DNA from: a virus
Length of the DNA: 36,782 bases
Virus record (IMG/VR): IMGVR_UViG_3300006969_000007
Direction: 5' to 3' (one strand)
Shown: positions 33,972-36,782 of the stretch, piece after piece
How positions within the stretch are numbered: the stretch's first letter is position 1
Layout of the letters: the number at the start of each line of letters is the position of its first letter
Translations under genes and position numbers: made by a program
The notes under the pieces: generated by a model
What the model was told of the DNA's origin: nothing
Databases searched by the model: none
What the model saw: the letters and a program-made list of their open reading frames with translations, nothing else

Positions 33972-35318
33972 TCAATATACCTCATACGAACTGCCATTAC
34001 CGATTACATTAATAGCTTGGTATGCTGTATTCATGACGAATGTTGTAGCGCCATCAATGTTAACTGCACCACCAACCGTTGTAACCGTGATGTTATTCGC
34101 TGCAGCAGAGCCTGTTCTATCTTTTATGATAAATACTTGGCTTAACGTGGCAGCATTAGGCAATTGAACTGTTATGGCACCACCAGAACTATCCACACTT
34201 AAATATTCATCAGTGACCAAAACGACATAAGGCGTTGTATTAACATTCGTATAATTTGCAGGAGTGACACCACTTGAAGCAATGGTAATCGTATTTGCTC
34301 CAGGAGTAACGACTATGCCAGCACCGCCAGTAATGGTCGCAGTTCCTAATTGATCAGACGCAAGCGTAACAACTTTAGCGACAGAACCAACATTCACCCC
34401 ATCGATACCCGCTATAAATGTTGCCGTATGAGTACCATTGGTACCTATGCGAATTTTCGCATTATCACCAACAATACCACCATTACCAATAAGGATATTA
34501 TTACCATCAGTTGTGGTGAGATTTGCTCCAGCGTTTATACCAAGCGCAATATTACCAGTTCCTGTCGTTAAATTATAAAGAGCACTATAGCCGATAGAAG
34601 TATTATTAGATGCTCCTGCAAGGGCATTAAACATCGACCAGGCACCAACTGCGGTACACTGACTTCCTGTAGTCGATGAAACCATTGCTTGGTAGCCAAT
34701 AGCAGTATTACTATCACCAGATGTATTAGAGGCTAATGCTATTTTACCCAATGCCGTATTAGAAGTACCCGTAGTAATCGATCCCGTTGATCCGAGTAAC
34801 ATATTACTTGTTGGTGCAAAATCAAGTGTTTCAGTAGAAACAGCACCAGCAAATACAATATTAGTATTTGCCGTGACGATGTTAATGTTGCCCAATGTAG
34901 GAGAAATAGGGCCACCGGTATTACCGGTAATGGTTGAAACAAAACCAGCTGAATTTACTACCATATCAAGTGAATTTGGTCCTGGGGTAAAAACAATTGA
35001 ACCATTACCACTGGTGATGGTTGCAAAGGCGGGATCTGCTCCCGTGGCACCTATAAGAACCTGGCCATCCGTACCTACCCCTAAAGAGGTAAGACTGCCA
35101 CCAGCATTACCAACTTGCACTGCATGATTGGTGGTACCAACTAAGGTGATAGTAAGGGTATTAGTACCTGGATTACCCGCAACATCAATATTACCTGAAC
35201 CGACCAAAAATATTGTATTGGCAAAATCAGGTGGTACTGGTCCACCACTGTTACCTTGGATAAAATCGACCGTTGCAAGCGCGGGGTTCCCTTGAAAATA
35301 TTGCCCTAATTGACTCAT
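33972..35318 (-). CDS. Tail fibre / beta-helix protein (448 aa) sharing the GN(S/T)GGP...GNPGT.TLT module
   Basis: Contains QGNSGGPVPPDFANTIFLVGSGNIDVAGNPGTNTLTIT and ITGNTGGPISPTLGNINIV. Confidence 0.75.
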   Translation of the reverse strand: MSQLGQYFQGNPALATVDFIQGNSGGPVPPDFANTIFLVGSGNIDVAGNPGTNTLTITLVGTTNHAVQVGNAGGSLTSLGVGTDGQVLIGATGADPAFATITSGNGSIVFTPGPNSLDMVVNSAGFVSTITGNTGGPISPTLGNINIVTANTNIVFAGAVSTETLDFAPTSNMLLGSTGSITTGTSNTALGKIALASNTSGDSNTAIGYQAMVSSTTGSQCTAVGAWSMFNALAGASNNTSIGYSALYNLTTGTGNIALGINAGANLTTTDGNNILIGNGGIVGDNAKIRIGTNGTHTATFIAGIDGVNVGSVAKVVTLASDQLGTATITGGAGIVVTPGANTITIASSGVTPANYTNVNTTPYVVLVTDEYLSVDSSGGAITVQLPNAATLSQVFIIKDRTGSAAANNITVTTVGGAVNIDGATTFVMNTAYQAINVIGNGSSYEVY

Positions 35319-35327
35319 GATCTCTCC

Positions 35328-35681
35328 TTATCCATTAATAAATCCATAGAATATAGAAAGATACACAGAGCCCACAGTTGGCAATGCAACACCCAATGTT
35401 TTGACATAAAAACGAGTCCCTTGGGCTACCATAAAAGAACCGCCTGTTAATGTTTTATTTGATGCAACATCCATAATAACATAGCCATTAATGGGAAGAG
35501 GGAAATGATCATTGATCCCGTCCCACGATATCATCACTGGCTGATCACTGAGATTCTGAACCATAAACCAATGTACTGGATTATCAAATGGAGCACCAAT
35601 ACCAGTATACGTTGCGGTGATCGATGCGAAACCAGTACTTCTTACCGGCTCTGGCATCACCCGTACTGCAAGATTAGACAT
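35328..35681 (-). CDS. Small beta-rich structural protein, paralog of 35692..36033
   Basis: ATG at 35681 follows GAAGGAGAAACT. Shares the pattern N.SD..V..S.DG.NDH...P ... A.GT..YVK ... LS.FYG with its neighbour. Confidence 0.6.
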   Translation of the reverse strand: MSNLAVRVMPEPVRSTGFASITATYTGIGAPFDNPVHWFMVQNLSDQPVMISWDGINDHFPLPINGYVIMDVASNKTLTGGSFMVAQGTRFYVKTLGVALPTVGSVYLSIFYGFING

Positions 35682-35691
35682 AGTTTCTCCT

Positions 35692-36033
35692 TCATACCTG
35701 AGGTTGATAGAATCCAGACAAGAACACAAAACCGGTTCCCGCCGCTCCTTTAACATATATTTTCGTGCCTTGAGCAAGAGAACACATATTATTTTGAGGT
35801 TGAGAATTTGTTTGGAACTGAATATCCCGTACTGTCTTAGTAGGGATATAATCATGATCATTGGTACCATCATAACTAACGGTAACATCTTTATCAGAAT
35901 TATTTACAATACGTATTATGATACAGGGATGTGTGACACCTGCGGCACCTGAAACAAGCTGATAGGCACCGGTGAAAGAAAAGGAATCAATAGATGAGAG
36001 GGGGATGGGGAGAACCCTATTTTTTACTGCCAT
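35692..36033 (-). CDS. Small beta-rich structural protein, paralog of 35328..35681
   Basis: 113-aa ORF with the shared motif pattern described for 35328..35681. Confidence 0.6.
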   Translation of the reverse strand: MAVKNRVLPIPLSSIDSFSFTGAYQLVSGAAGVTHPCIIIRIVNNSDKDVTVSYDGTNDHDYIPTKTVRDIQFQTNSQPQNNMCSLAQGTKIYVKGAAGTGFVFLSGFYQPQV

Positions 36034-36059
36034 TCTGCTCTCCTTTTTTTATAGATAAT

Positions 36060-36287
36060 TTATGCAACTACTTCTGCAGCAACCTCAGGTGATTCTTCTT
36101 GTGCTTTCTTTTGAGCAGCTTCAGCTTCAGCAGCAAGTGCTTTCTCTTTCAATATAGCTAATTCTGCTTTAAATGCTTCTAATGCATTATCAAGATCATC
36201 AAAATTAACGACACCTGGCTGAAATGAAAACTGATAGTATTTTTCATTAACCGCCATTTCAAAATGACACAATATACGTTGATTCAT
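36060..36287 (-). CDS. Small protein with an Ala/Glu-rich helical C-terminus, 75 aa
   Basis: ATG at 36287 lies 4 nt after AAGGAA. The upstream part of the track ORF overlaps the terminator hairpin. Confidence 0.5.
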   Translation of the reverse strand: MNQRILCHFEMAVNEKYYQFSFQPGVVNFDDLDNALEAFKAELAILKEKALAAEAEAAQKKAQEESPEVAAEVVA

Positions 36288-36315
36288 AGAGTTCCTTATA
36301 AATAATAAATATGAA

Positions 36316-36346
36316 GCCTCCTTTAGTTTATATAACCAAAGGAGGC
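36316..36346 (-). terminator. Rho-independent terminator after the wrap-around fibre gene
   Basis: Perfect 9-bp stem GCCTCCTTT/AAAGGAGGC, followed on the minus strand by TTCATATTTATTATTTAT. Confidence 0.6.
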
Positions 36347-36358
36347 AAATCAATCACC

Positions 36359-36782
36359 CTATGCAGCACACGTGAAATTCGTCCAAACTCCAGCAGCGGT
36401 AGCAATGAACATACGATCAGCAGCTCCCGTTGGTGTTGTATTAATGTACGTATCACCCGCATGTAATGCTAAGCCACCCGCAGGGGCACCTGCTCCTGTA
36501 TACATAAATATTGGACCAGGAAGTTCAACAAATGGCGCATTAAGGAAAATACCATTAGTACCTGCTCTTATGATTGTTCCCGCAACACCAGTAGTTGAAC
36601 CAATGGTTATTTGGTTATCAATCGCTCCAGTACCAATTAAAATAGTTTTAATACCAGTACCAACGGCACCGATGCTAATAGTCATGGCTCCGGTTGAAGC
36701 ACCAATAAAGATAGCACCTGTCTGAGCAGCACCACCGATATTTATAGAACCAGCGACCATACTATCACCGATTGCAATAGAC
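36359..36782 (-). CDS. C-terminal part of the wrap-around fibre gene (see 1..770)
   Basis: Stop codon at 36359-36361. The frame is continuous with 770..1 through the circle junction. Confidence 0.8.
   Translation of the reverse strand, partial: SIAIGDSMVAGSINIGGAAQTGAIFIGASTGAMTISIGAVGTGIKTILIGTGAIDNQITIGSTTGVAGTIIRAGTNGIFLNAPFVELPGPIFMYTGAGAPAGGLALHAGDTYINTTPTGAADRMFIATAAGVWTNFTCAA
36660..36782. repeat. Terminal overlap, copy 2 (identical to 1..123)
   Basis: Direct comparison of the two window ends. Confidence 0.95.

Noticed and set aside
35682-35888. N-terminal extension of the 186-aa ORF (35328..35888) overlapping 35692..36033
   Set aside because: The extension overlaps the neighbouring paralog in another frame. 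The internal ATG at 35681 has a strong SD (GAAGGAG) and gives a protein colinear with its paralog.
1-36782. tRNA, tmRNA or rRNA genes
   Set aside because: The intergenic regions are short. None showed cloverleaf-compatible arms or conserved T-loop (GTTCGAATC-like) sequence. This was not checked with a dedicated tool.

Overview
The window is one complete, circularly permuted dsDNA phage genome. Nt 1-123 are identical to nt 36660-36782, so the unique circle is 36,659 bp. The fibre gene cut by the window edge (770->1) continues in frame into 36659->36359. Almost everything is on the minus strand: an HTH regulator, a wHTH replication-initiator-like protein, a small-terminase-like protein, a four-gene secreted/membrane cargo island (including a degenerate Hint-domain protein), large terminase, portal, scaffold, major capsid protein, head-decoration-like proteins, tail and internal-virion proteins, and about 9 kb holding six Gly/Thr-rich fibre genes. 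I recognised no tape-measure, sheath or tube genes, so a podovirus-like virion is inferred. There are two plus-strand units. One is an early-type operon at 26136-28349 (RHH protein, two divergent ERF-family annealing proteins, two small proteins). The other is a three-gene cassette at 891-1317 (RHH plus two tiny membrane peptides) wedged between the ejection-protein-like genes and a fibre gene. The most unusual feature is in the major capsid gene. It is interrupted right after its conserved YG by an 832-nt group I-like intron (12294-13125; P1 helix with U.G wobble, terminal G). The intron's LAGLIDADG homing-endonuclease gene lies on the strand opposite to the intron. By eye I recognised no integrase, DNA polymerase, endolysin, tRNA or CRISPR array. 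All functional calls rest on motif recognition from memory, not on database searches.
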